DNA of 64,000 nt from Syncephalis fuscata S228 (Eukaryota > Fungi > Zoopagomycota). The stretch lies in the NCBI GenBank assembly GCA_025786725.1, contig JAHLTZ010000034.1, positions 124,001 to 188,000 of the forward strand, given 5' to 3'. Made by a program: the position numbers and the translations under genes. This document shows positions 13,922 through 26,039 of this stretch, piece by piece; within the stretch, counting starts at the first letter, position 1, and every line of letters starts with the position of its first letter. Under the pieces are notes generated by a model. It saw nothing but the letters and a program-made list of their open reading frames with translations. It made no database searches and was not told the DNA's origin.

Positions 13922-15200
13922 ATGTCCCGTGTACTAAGCTTTGGTTCAATTAACATTGATGAATTCTACTTTGTTTCAAAGATTGCCGTGCCAGGTCAGA
14001 CGGTAAAGTCAACACATCGAGCAAGACTTGCTGGCGGTAAAGGTAAGCTAGCTAGTTAGTTAGTTAGTTGTAGTTGTAGTAGTAGTTACCACTATTAGCT
14101 ACTGACAACAATCTTTATAGGTGCTAATCAAGCTGTTGCACTGGCCAAGGTATAACTTGAGTAAACAACTAGTAACCTATTACTAACGGTTAATATTGTC
14201 ATCACTTAACTAGGCTGGTGCCAATGCTTATGCGGCAGGAAAGATAGGCTCTGACGGTGTATGGCTACGAGACGGGATGGAAAGGTTCGGTGTAAATGTT
14301 ACATCCATTCTAGTTGATAATAATATGGCAAGTGTTTATAGTTATGAAGAATAAAATAGTAATTTATTAACAACAAATGAATAGTCAACTGGGCGTGCAA
14401 TAATTCAATCAAGTGTAGAAGACGGTGAAAATGCCATTATTCTATTTGCCGGCACTAATGGAACAGTCGATGCTACAGAAGTTGCCGGTGTGCTTGATGG
14501 TATTATTCCAACTGAAGGTGGTCAGCTATTCAAAGCAGGCGATTGGCTATTGCTCCAGAATGAAATGAGTTCAGCTGGACATGCACTTGCTTTAGCTAAA
14601 CAGCGTGGTAATTATAGTGTTATATTAAAGTGTATTACATTATTTACATTTATAATTAATAGGCATGGTTACCGTATTCAATCCCGCACCCATGTCCGAT
14701 AATGTATTATCGGAATACGATTTGAATTTGGTAGACATTTGTATTGTTAATGAAACGGAAGCTATTCATTTATTACGTTTACTAAATGAAACAACTGCCG
14801 ATTCATTAGCAACATCTCTTTCTCCAGCAGAGTTAGTAAATAAGCTATTAGCTCGTTTTCCTACTTTGGCTGGAGTAATTGTAACGCTAGGATCAGATGG
14901 ACTTGTGGCTAAATTCCATACGACAGCAACGACAGATAATTCATCGATGGATCTTATTCAAGTAGCTGCTTGTCCAATTAGGGATAAAGTGGTCGACACC
15001 ACTGGTGCTGGTGATACGTTTATTGGCTATTTAGTGACGGGTTTGAGCGAGCATGGCTGGCGACCAGATCAACCATTGGCGCGTGAAGTGATGGAATCGG
15101 TACTGCGTCGAGCAAGTATGGCTTCGGATTGGCAATTCAAACACATGGTGCTATGGAAAGTATTCCAACTCGTGAACAAGTTAATAAGGCACTAGGATAA
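13922..15200 (+). CDS. RBK1: Ribokinase (PfkB family), multi-exon
   Basis: GSINID, GGKGANQAVALAKAG, TGRAII, LLQNE, FNPAP, VNETE, VDTTGAGDTFIG. The natural end (…HGAMESIPTREQVNKALG*) needs a 1-bp correction near 15126. Confidence 0.93.
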
Positions 15201-15254
15201 ATAAACTATTGATTGTTTATTGCTATAATAATAATAATGTAATATAATGTATCA

Positions 15255-17825
15255 TTAAATATCTAGTAAATGATACTGTTTTAACGAGGCTAGTATCTGT
15301 GCAACACATTGTAGTAGTGGTGGATGTTGGCTCGTTTTGACTGTCTCGATTAGCGAGGGAACTGCTTTAGCTTGCACTACTTGTGCAGCCGCTGCTTTAT
15401 CTAACGCTACAATGTTGCGTAGACACTCAGCACCACGATGTTGTAATCCATCGTCAGTTTCAGTGAGTAGTGCTACGAGACGCGTCACACTTTGTTTACC
15501 ATTTAAAATGGCTCGTGCTCCTTGGGGCCAGGCCGAAAGAATAGCCAATGCACCGGCAGCAGCACTTCTAGTCGCCGTATCCTCAGCATCCGCCAATGCT
15601 ACCAATAGCTTAATACGCTCAGTTGATGCCGAATAAAGTTGACCCACGGCCGGATACATCATCAAGTTGCATATAAGTTCGGTGGCCGCTCTTTGTACGA
15701 GTGTAATACGCGAAAACTGTAAAGTACTGGCTGCTTCCACTCCTTGCGTATCCACAATGCGTTGGGCTATTTGACTATCTTCAGATACCGAAGCCAGATT
15801 CGTTAGTGCTAATAAACACTCAAATTGCCGTAATGCCGGCTGTTCCTGATCGGCACATATACGCACAAAGGGCCGTACCAGCTCTTTGGCCAATTCACCG
15901 GGAAATCCAATTCTTGGATCCACTGTAATGGCTAGTTTAGCCAATGCTTGAGTAGCCAGTTCTGCATAAGGAACATAAGGCTGCGATGCTGGATCGGCAT
16001 CATTATTCACGGCCCTACCTGGTATAGGTATACGCTCGGTTGCTAATGATAACAATATACGAACACCACCCCGCTGGATTACAGTGCCGCGATGTGTTTT
16101 ATCGGTTACAATACTTAGTAAACAGCGGGTTGCTGATCCACGTACGGCTTGACTAGTATGTTTGGCCAGTTTCAATATAACCGATAACATATCTTCTTTT
16201 AATAAACGAGCTGTTCGCTGTTCCACCTGTTTATCGTCATCTAGTGGATTATCAACAATCTGTGCTGCTTCCTTGGCCTTTTTAGATGGATTTTTGGTGT
16301 AGACTGTGCCATAGCTCGTAACTTTCTTAATTGCCTCTGCTCTTCCGTTAATTCTGGTCGATAAGACATAACATTTTCTAAGATAGATATAACACCATAG
16401 CTCATACCACTATCCTTAAGCGTTGTATTATTTAATTGATTTGCAGCATTTGGTGTTACTGCTGGTACAATAAGTGTATTTAATCCTTTGAGCAGTGCCG
16501 TATCTTTGCTAATCTGTTCTTTTACCGTTGGATCTAATGAGAAATAAGTTAGGCCTTCAACGGCACGAGCGTTAATTGTTCCATCTTCACTTGGTTGGTG
16601 TAATGCTTGATAAAAAACTTGAACAAGAATAGCGCGATGAGCTGTATCTGTAGTTGACCCGTTATCCGATGGTGCATGAGCTATTTTTGTTAATGCAACG
16701 GCTGCGGCAATCCGCATTGGCACCGAATTAACTTCTCTTAACCGAGCGAGTAAATAAGAACGACATCGAACAGCAATAATAGAACGACATGCTTTATCGT
16801 CACAGGCATACGATAGTGTTTCGGTAAGTGCTAATTGAGCTTCAAATGCTTCGTAGTCGGCCAATTCAGTTGTATCGGCCAATTTCTCAGCGCCCTCCGA
16901 ACCAAGAGCAGCTATAGCCAACGATGAATCAATTTGGAATAGTGCACAAAGAACACGGAAGCCAGCCACCCGAGTAGTAATCTGTTCATGTTCTATCCAA
17001 TGTTCAATTAGCGCTGTACATTGTTTTTCCATTGCTGTACGCAAAGGATTGGCTGGTGAGTTTTTCTGTTGTGCCATTTGACTATTTTCATTTAATTTGG
17101 CCAGTAAAAGTAAAGCCAGACCTCGAACACGATTTTGGGTAGCTTCAGCACTGGCCAGTAATAATTGTTCAAATCCGTTAGACTGTACAAATGCTATAGC
17201 CAATTCAATGTTATTCGTATCTGTATAAGTTAATATTCTTAATACTGCTTGCATCGCTTCTGCCCGTATGCCTTCCGGTAGATCTGGTGCTGTACATGGC
17301 TGCAGTGCAACAAGATACTGAACTGATGTTGCCGTATCCGTGATTGAATCTTGAATAACTGTTAATAGTCGTGTAGCAATGTTCATCGATAATTCAGCCA
17401 GCTGTTGTATTTTGCAATAATTGCGCTGTTTTGATCCTTCTCGCTGCTTTTACACCGACTTATTAGTATTGGTACCGCTTGTAATAGTTGTTTGATCATA
17501 GCCACATCCACTGAAGATGCAATAACCTTTAGTAAATCTTGAATTTCATTATCCGGATTGCCAATCAATATAACTAAACACTTTGCAAACTGTATTCTAT
17601 TATCGACTGTTCCAGCAAGTTGTGCTAATAGTTCGCCACCAACGGCTGCGGTAATTGATGTTGCAATAGCGTTGGCTTGAATTAAATCAATCCGCTTTGT
17701 TTTACTTTCTTGGCCAGTAGCAATGCTAATAAAGCGATTGTAAACTCGCTCGCATCTTTGCCTGATACTGCCGTTTCTTTAAGCAGGTCAATATCACTTT
17801 TCTCCTCGTTAAGGTTGGTGTCCAT
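15255..17825 (-). CDS. SHE4: UCS-domain myosin chaperone (UNC-45/She4/Cro1), split by apparent single-base errors
   Basis: RGTVIQRGGVRILL, ATQALAKLAITVDPRIGF, QFECLLALTNLAS, QRAATELICNL, DTATRSAAAGALA; the ORF pieces join across indels near 16295, 17390 and 17690. Confidence 0.9.
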
Positions 17826-18161
17826 GTTGTAACTAGTTGAATATCGCTTATAGCTGTCCAAGTATGAAGGCACTTTTGGCGATGTTCAAGTTGAATATAC
17901 ACTACCAGTACGCCTTTATAGCTATTGTGCTTGCTTAATTCAACAAAATAAAAACAATTTACAAGGAATAGCTTGCTATCGACAGTACACGAACAACACA
18001 CTATAGACTAGAGTCAACCAGCTGTATTCTCACGTGATATACGTAATTATATTCAATGGATAATCCAGTTTTATTATTTATTGCAATAAAGCTTATTACT
18101 TGACCTGCATTCCTACGACGTAGCTGACGCCTGTGTAGCTAGTAGTGCTAGTAACGATAGT

Positions 18162-19865
18162 ATGGCTATTCATCATTTTGTAGAATACTCGCGTATTTTT
18201 AAAAAGCATAGCATTCCCTTGGGATTGCGTCCCAGTTCTATGATATGTGGTAATTCTTTGCTTCGTAAGATAAATCAAACTTTATTTGCAGCTAGATCTG
18301 TAGATACGATGATGCAGCGCAAAGTACGCACGCCTGGTTGCGACGGCGTTGGAATCAAAGACATAACAAAAATTATTGTAGGACCGGGTACGCGTGGTGC
18401 AGGCAAACGCTCGATGGAGACGCGAAGACTGGCCAAGACGAGGGAGTTACCGATCTTGCCGGTGCCTCCATTCCAGGGCCGACCGATAAAAGACTTTCAA
18501 GATCTAGTTGAAGGTATGCAAAGTGCGATAAGAACGGGTGAATATAAGGCCGACTTTTTACTGCCTCGGGGCTGGGACCAGCGCTGGTATGCGACAAGAC
18601 AGCGTAAAGCCGCCGCCGCCGCCAACGAAGCGTTTAATAATGAACAACAATTAACACAGCTCGATATTGATGAACACAACATTTTGGATCACGCTTCTGC
18701 ATTACATGAAATACAGAATAGTCAGCTTGATACAGAATTGGATGAAAATGAAATAATTGACTATGATGAACCGGATTATTATCAAAATGAGCCATTAGCT
18801 GCTCAGCATACTGCATTATTGAAAGAAAACGACGATAATAGCAAATTAGTACCAGGTTATGGCGACGAAAGTTATCAATTTAAAACAAAGTCTTGGGAGG
18901 AACGGCCTTATTTAGGTGTATCAACCATGTACGATCGCTGTATGGATCAGTATTGCTTTGATTTGATAATGGCTACACTTCCATTAGACTATTTATACGA
19001 GGCGGGTAATCATAATCTACCATTAAGATCAATACGTACAGCACATATGGCAATTGCCAAACACGTTGAAGGCATGCAAGCAGATCTTCTAGCGACCCAG
19101 TCTTTCACTTCATCTGCAGGTAGTGTAGCCAGTCCACAAATACCCATTCCTGTATTGCTGGAAATTGATATGTTACGCTTACGAGATCATGTGCCACGTG
19201 AAAAGATAATACAACTATTTACAGAATCGTCTACTTCATTTTATGGCACTACACTATCGCACAATTTAATTAATGTAATATCAAGTCTAGTACATCGTCA
19301 AGTAAAGGGCGATGTTCTACCGCGTCGATTGGGTCTGGCACCGAATAACACGCTATCAAATCTATTAAGCAATGTTTATCTTTATCCATTGGATGCGTTT
19401 CTTATTTCACGCGGCTATCGAATTGTACGCTATCTAGATCGTATTGCACTGGTACTACCCAGTATGGAGTCAGCCATACATATTAGCCGCGATATTGTAT
19501 TCTTTGCCGAGGGTGAACTCGGAGTACCGGCTTCATTGCATCGTACTCAACTGGTTGAGCCAGGTCAACGAGGCAATATACTAATGCACGATGTTGAAAT
19601 CAATCCAGCTACTGGCAAATATCATTACTATATTCCAGAACCGCAAGCAAGTCGACTTGATAAACTAGCTAAGCAGCTATTTACACTTTTACATGATGCA
19701 TCCGCTCATAGAGAATCTAAGGAAGTGGATCAATGTGTACGACAGATTCTTGGCTGTATTATTATCTACACAACTGCCGATTCAACCTTTCCATCGGTAT
19801 CACGGATTAGCAAACTTTATCGACAGGGTCGGATGACAAAGATGGCATTATTGACGAAATATTAG
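18162..19865 (+). CDS. Group II intron reverse transcriptase/maturase-like protein, catalytically degenerate, intronless
   Basis: Ordered blocks: RT0 TPGCDGVGIKDI…AIRTGEYK, RT2 RPYLGVSTMYDR, RT3 LLEIDMLRLRDHV, RT4 GLAPNNTLSNLLSNVYLYPLD, RT5 IVRYLDR (19431-19442 = YLDR), RT6 ELGVPASLHRT, X-like ILGCIIIY. Confidence 0.82.
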   Translation: MAIHHFVEYSRIFKKHSIPLGLRPSSMICGNSLLRKINQTLFAARSVDTMMQRKVRTPGCDGVGIKDITKIIVGPGTRGAGKRSMETRRLAKTRELPILPVPPFQGRPIKDFQDLVEGMQSAIRTGEYKADFLLPRGWDQRWYATRQRKAAAAANEAFNNEQQLTQLDIDEHNILDHASALHEIQNSQLDTELDENEIIDYDEPDYYQNEPLAAQHTALLKENDDNSKLVPGYGDESYQFKTKSWEERPYLGVSTMYDRCMDQYCFDLIMATLPLDYLYEAGNHNLPLRSIRTAHMAIAKHVEGMQADLLATQSFTSSAGSVASPQIPIPVLLEIDMLRLRDHVPREKIIQLFTESSTSFYGTTLSHNLINVISSLVHRQVKGDVLPRRLGLAPNNTLSNLLSNVYLYPLDAFLISRGYRIVRYLDRIALVLPSMESAIHISRDIVFFAEGELGVPASLHRTQLVEPGQRGNILMHDVEINPATGKYHYYIPEPQASRLDKLAKQLFTLLHDASAHRESKEVDQCVRQILGCIIIYTTADSTFPSVSRISKLYRQGRMTKMALLTKY

Positions 19866-19916
19866 CATGGAAGTCAATTCCTGGTACAGGATAAGATGTA
19901 ATGCAACAATTTATTG

Positions 19917-21107
19917 TTAAAGTTTTGCATATACCGGTTTGCGTTTCTCAAGACTTGATAGAACACCTTCTTTCAAATCCTAATTAATAATAATATTAGC
20001 ATAATTATCGTTGTAATAAATAGTGAATTAGCTTACATTGGATTGTAGCATAGCAGCGTTCCATGTTACAGTGTAGGCTAGACCCTCATCGACCGTATGA
20101 TCGCGCGAGTAGTTGAGTAGATGTCTAGAAAATTAAATGTGTAAGTATGGTTCTGAAGATCCATTGATCACTTACTTTGTGCCAAGTGTAGCAATAGGCG
20201 ATTTACTAGCGATAGTATTGGCCAATGCAGTAGCATGTTCTAATTATTTGATGGTGAATGTCAGTATTTTAGTCACGAATTAATTAGCTATACAATGAGG
20301 GATGCCTACCCAATAATGTCTCGCGTGTTTCAAATACACGGCTAACCAGCCCATATTTTAGTGCTTCTTCAGAAGGAACAGAACGTGCTGTTAAACAGAT
20401 CTCTCGGCCCAGCTATCGTTGCCGACGACCTTGGGTAGGCGTTGAAGGGTGCCGACATCGGCGGCCATGCCAATATCGACCTCTTTAACGTTGAAATAAG
20501 CATCTTTGCTACAGTAGCGAACATCGCAAGCAGTAGTTAAATCAACGCCGGCACCAATACACGCTCCATGAATAGCAGCAATGACAGGACGATCACATTT
20601 CTCTACTGCAGTAATGGCATTTTGCCAATCCTACATTAATAAATTAACGAATACAAGATGGACAAGAATGAATAGTGTGTCATTGATGAAATAAACAATG
20701 CCTACCGAGATGGCTTTGCGTAGATGAAAGGCGGTACGGGCTGGATCATCATGTTCTGACACTAGACTTATTGCTTCTTGCACTAGCAAATAAAACATTA
20801 ATTAAATACTTGTTAATTTGTATTCAAATAATACGTACAATCTAGACCGGCAGTAAATATTTTACCATTGGCCGATAGAACAACTGCACGCGTATCCACA
20901 TCATGCGCCACAGCGTTGAAACAATCGACAATCTTGCCAAAGTCTAGTGTAATATCGATGGTTATTTCAGGTGCCAATAGCGTAGAAACCATCGACTTAC
21001 TGGCTGTTAAAAGCGTTGAGTCGTTCAGGACGATTTAACTGAACGTGGAGGACGTGGCTGCCAATACGGCTAGCTTTAATGTGTCTCAAACCAGCGTAGA
21101 GTGACAT
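19917..21107 (-). CDS. ECH1: Delta3,5-delta2,4-dienoyl-CoA isomerase (crotonase fold) with peroxisomal PTS1 -AKL, spliced
   Basis: LHVQLNRPERLNAF, IFTAGLD, AAIHGACIGAGVDLTTACDVRY, KEVDIGMAADVGTLQRLPKVVGN; C-terminal YAKL*. Confidence 0.92.
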
Positions 21108-21733
21108 GGTAGCCGTAGAGATAGATGTTGGTTGATTATTGTGTTGTTAATATTGACAATAGTGTCGGCTGCTAGACGAATAAGCTAAAGACTTGACACT
21201 GGAAAGAAGAAAGAAGTTAAACAAAGTGGTATATAGAATGATAGTAATAAATATGGATAGTAAGTGACGGTACATCCAAAGTACAGCCAGCCAATCATTG
21301 ATGGTAACAGTTGCAAGTAACGGCAAGTTGTGTTTTATTTGCCGTTGAAGCTACGACCAGCTAAATGGTTGTAACTAATGATGGACGCGTGTATAATTAT
21401 AACATGCGACTCCCACGTGCTCTTACAGCTTGGCTGTCACAAGGGCAAGTGAATGAATAATAGAGCGGGAATAATAGACTAATAATAATTGTTTATTTAA
21501 TAATATGGTAACATTCAATACGACGCCGTTTAGTTAGAGATGATAGATGGTCATAAAACGTTAAAGTGTTAAAACTATTTACTAGTAATTGCAAAATTAG
21601 TGGTATTTAAAGATCAGTTCAATTGTATTTATTGGCTGGGCCATGACTTTTGGCGATTATCAAAATCACACTACTCATTCTCCTATTACTACACACACAT
21701 TCATACTACTTGTATTCGCACTGCTTATTTATA

Positions 21734-21999
21734 ATGGTAGATACTATTTACAAAAAAGCCTCCCTTCAGTATTACCGATGGGAGTTGACCACGGCAATCT
21801 ATATGCTTGAGCCTTGGGAGAAGATTATCGTCAGTAAGTAGAGGGTGGATAGGCTAGGCGACTATCATCTTACAAGCTACCTTTAGATTCGTTGTTTATT
21901 GCGCTACTTACCTTGGCCATCTACGCGTGTATTACTTATTTGCCAAACTCTATCGTATATACGTTTGAGAGAGTGGCTGCCTATATCCACGAGGCTTGA
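21734..21999 (+). CDS. Serine palmitoyltransferase small regulatory subunit (ssSPT/SPTSS-like), 2 exons
   Basis: YYRWELTTAIYMLEPWEKIIV[intron]NSLFIALLTLAIYACITYLP matches the YMLEPWE motif. Confidence 0.85.
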
Positions 22000-22646
22000 T
22001 TGCTGGTGTTGGATAATATTATGAACTGATACAGAATGGAGTTGCACTATTTTAATAAATGTTGTTGGGTTGTTTTTTAACATAAAGCTGTATTGAAATA
22101 ATAGGCAGGCAATCTGATAGAATAGACAAAGAAAGTATATAAAATACAGCGCGTATCACTGTGCTAGCCTAACTCATGAACATGACTTATGGCCATTGAT
22201 AAATATACTAATTTATTTGTCAGCTATCACTCTATATATTGCATACTGCGCAATACTGGTGCAATTATTAATGATTATTAGATATATAGATATGTATATA
22301 CAAGAATGATAAAAGACCTCAAGTTAGTTATTATTATTTATAATAATTGGATGTTGTGGGTTTAAAATAATAATTAATAATCGATATAAAAATAATATTA
22401 GCAGGATTTGGTAGCTATTAAACATGAGAAAATTGAACAATATAGCAAAATGTCGCTAATCACCGCCACCTATCTATTTATAAATTAAAACTTCGACATT
22501 TAAATATCCGCGCAGTATTTTGTTAATATATATATCGTTTTATTTAAATCTCTTGATTTCGTTTGTTCGATATAGTGCCTAGTATACTAGTGTCAAATAA
22601 AAACAATATAAAAACGAACACCATAAGAATAATTTTAAACTACAAA

Positions 22647-23519
22647 CTATTCATGGGCAGGTATTATTAGTAAAGCTGCCCAGAAAATTAAAGATAGAAT
22701 AAAGCCAATTGCCGTCATTCGCCATGCAATTTTACGCTGAACTGCCATGATACGTGGCTCCATAATAAGAATAAATGGCCCTTCTTCGTCCAGCCCTTCC
22801 ATGTCCCATTCTGGGCGTTCCGTAACGCCTAACGTGTATCGAATTAAGCATAGTCTGGAAAAGTACGCTGGAAGTAGGAAAAGAGAGCAAGTAATTGGTA
22901 TAAGCGGAATAATACGATACCAACGAGATATCGATATCCAAATAAAGCCACCAGCCATGAGGAGCGACAAGCATAGCGTCACTAATAGTAAAACGACACG
23001 AAGCGTACGTGCACGTGGATGAATATTATAGATCACTTCTTGCGTAAAACGTGCTGCTTCCGGTGTTAGTCGGCGGTAGGCGTCTTCCAGCGCTGGTAGA
23101 AACACATCAGGATGTGTTGTTGATGCTGCGGCTGTTTGCACCGCTTCGACAGCTATATCCGAGAACAGTGCGCCTGTCATATAGTGTGCAACGGCCGAGT
23201 CGACTTCATTTCGATAAGGGTGTTGCGACGAATGTTCTGGATGATAGGCAATGGGAGAAGCTGTTGCGCGCGGTGGATAGGCCGCGTGTAGATCACTTGT
23301 TGGCGCTGGCGACCAAATACGTTCCTCGTCCGGCAAGGTGTTATAGTAGCCGCGGTAGGTATTAAGCCAATCGTAAAAGTTAACAAGCGGGACATGTTCG
23401 TTATATCGGTGGCTAGGTGTTTGATAGCTGAGATACGCTAGAAATTCGCGATGGGATATTGGTGCCTTTGTACGGCCTTCGAGGATAGCCTGGAGGCGGT
23501 CGCGTGCGTTTTCCGCCAT
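22647..23519 (-). CDS. Fungal RGS-domain membrane protein (Rax1-like), intronless
   Basis: LQAILEGRTKAPISHREFLAYL, VNFYDW, HPYRNEV, TTHPDVF, followed by three hydrophobic segments. Confidence 0.75.
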   Translation of the reverse strand: MAENARDRLQAILEGRTKAPISHREFLAYLSYQTPSHRYNEHVPLVNFYDWLNTYRGYYNTLPDEERIWSPAPTSDLHAAYPPRATASPIAYHPEHSSQHPYRNEVDSAVAHYMTGALFSDIAVEAVQTAAASTTHPDVFLPALEDAYRRLTPEAARFTQEVIYNIHPRARTLRVVLLLVTLCLSLLMAGGFIWISISRWYRIIPLIPITCSLFLLPAYFSRLCLIRYTLGVTERPEWDMEGLDEEGPFILIMEPRIMAVQRKIAWRMTAIGFILSLIFWAALLIIPAHE

Positions 23520-26039
23520 AGCTGTCTTGCTATTATTGTGTTGTATATATCGCGCAGGTATAAATAGTGCCGCCAGAGCACCACACGCAAATAGTATGTC
23601 GGCTACTGCGCTAATACTAAGGTGAATATGTTACGAAGCGAGTATTATTATTATTATCAGGAGCTGATAGTTAGGCTGACAAGTTCAAAATTAATAGAAG
23701 GTAGCGTGGTTTTAATAACAGTGACAAGATATGATGGAGTGCAATATGAACGCCTGCGTTTTAAAAGTATTAATAAATAATAATAAGCTGGCTTCTCAAG
23801 CTACGAGTAGGGAGACAAGAAAATGACGGCGGCCAAACCTCGAACGACTTGAAACGTTTTATTCTAAAACAAGTTGAACTTGCGCAACGTTTCACACGGA
23901 TGATGGACAAAAACGTAACGAATTAATATCTATTTACGGCCAACCCATGATTTCTTTACCATAAATTTAGAAAGCAATAACGTTTGATCGCTGTTACTAC
24001 GAATGTACGCTTTTAGGCATCACAGCTGTTGTGATTGATGTTATAATAATTAAGATACAACAAACGTGTTTATGAAAGATCTAGTCTAAAAGAGGCGTGC
24101 TACTTTTATTTTGATTGACATTCAAAAACGCTCTCATACAAAGATTAACGCTCGACGATCTCATCGCTAACGATGATGGCAGGACAATATCAGTCAAGCC
24201 TTGTACATTAACATATAGACAAAAGAGCAAAGACGTTTCTTTGTTAATATACATAGTATTTTTATAATAATGCTTTATTTATAGTATCAAGTAGTTTTAT
24301 TCTTTGTTTTAACTTTATTATATTCAATATTTTACTAGTAATATAATCTATGATAGTAACATTTGATGTTAAATGTCTTTTATTCATTTTTACTACATTT
24401 TTTTGCTTTTAATCTATTTCATAATATGTCAACATGTTGAGTAGATTGCTTTTTATTATTTACACCTAGTCAATTAAACTCCTTTGTTTATAAATATTGA
24501 CTGACAGGGTCCACATCTCACAGTCTACATCATCACATTTCTCTTTCTCTTTCTTCACACTTGACAACATATATCCATTGCATATACTTTTACACTTCAT
24601 ATATGCTACGTAGATAGTGACAGTAGCTGGCTGAGTACTAGTCAAGTACAAATATTCTTTACATTCTTGCATTGCCCTTTTATAATCTCACCTTTTGCTA
24701 GTCATCTTCGCTTCGTATATTGGAATTGGCATCTTTATTGCCATAGTAAGTACATTCATAGCTTTGCTTTATGCTACATTGAATAAGCAGCAAAAAGCCT
24801 GTTATATGCTTTATTTTTGCCTAGTTCGCAATTATAGATTGTGCTATGACAACAATTGTGCAATCTTAACAATAGCAGGAGGCGCACTACATTGGCACTG
24901 AATACTTATTTAGTGGCCACACTGGCAGTACTTTTAATATTGCTACTGTCATATGTATATAATCGCTAGTATAATTGCCATGGTGGCTATGTACACTGTA
25001 TCTTTCCACTGCTTTTCTAGCTTTGCTCTTTTTCACTACCCGAACGATACCATTTATCAGTACTTCTTCTTAAACATCAATGTTTTTATGGCGTTGTATT
25101 TTCCTTTTAATTTTTGCATTACTTGTTTTGAATCGATGTTGTAACCGGCGTCAATGTTTGCAGCTGTTTATTAATTAAGCATTCTTTAAGTATATGTCTA
25201 CCAGCCTATATTTAAACGCGTGTCTTTTCTAAAATTTATAATTAAATACTACTATATTTTATTAAATTTGGCAGGCTATTTGCAAATATAAAAGATATAT
25301 AAATAGACGCGCATGTTTCTATCATTGGTTACTTGAAAATGACACTGACTGTTAGTATTGAATTATTGTTGTGCGCGAGTGGGACTGTCATGCAGTAAGC
25401 TTTCATTCTTTTTGGCTTAAATATTTATTTTTTGTTTAGCCACCGCTCTTTTATAAATATAAATAATTAATATTACTGTTTTTATTTATAGTAACATATT
25501 CTAAATTAAAGAATAAGCTTATTGGGAAAAGATCAGATTTGCTACAAGCCAACAATGTAATTAATAAAAAATGCATTGCTATGGTTTTTTGCAGTTTGTA
25601 CACTTGATTCTGCTAAAGTTTCAATCATCATACAGTTCCCGGTTTTGCTTGGCGCATATGACACTGTCGCCCATCTAGCAACGTCTTGATTAGCTAACTG
25701 CGTGTAAGAATGATTATTATTTTGATACATTGTATGAGGTATCGGAGAAGACTATTTAACTATAACCGGACTTAGTGACACGTAATACCATCATTTAATC
25801 AATAGAAGCTGAAACCAGTACGTAGTATAGGAAATGATAATCAAGGAGACATATAGCACTCCATGCGGAACAAGTTTATAGATTACACAAATTTATGTGG
25901 ATTTGCCTTGTCTGCTATTGGTCGTTTCAAAAAAAAGACAAAAAGGCATAGACAATAAAGAATTAAACATAGAAAACATAACTACTTTATAGAAATATCG
26001 TATACTCAGTACAACATAATTGAAAAATAAAATAATAGC

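Noticed and set aside
18162-19865. RT ORF as an active retroelement, NUMT, telomerase or rvt gene
   Set aside because: No YxDD, no endonuclease/RNase H/gag, no LTR/TSD/poly(A), no space for intron domains V-VI, standard-code Trp codons, and motifs match group II intron RTs.
21349-21374. Short hairpin GCTACGACCA-GCTAAA-TGGTTGTAAC between ECH1 and ssSPT
   Set aside because: Too short, and no snoRNA, tRNA or snRNA hallmarks.
24400-25730. Possible relic of a second F-box-family gene on the minus strand (VLPVWPLNK resembles ISIWPVNR)
   Set aside because: One short match amid many stops; cannot be supported without alignment.
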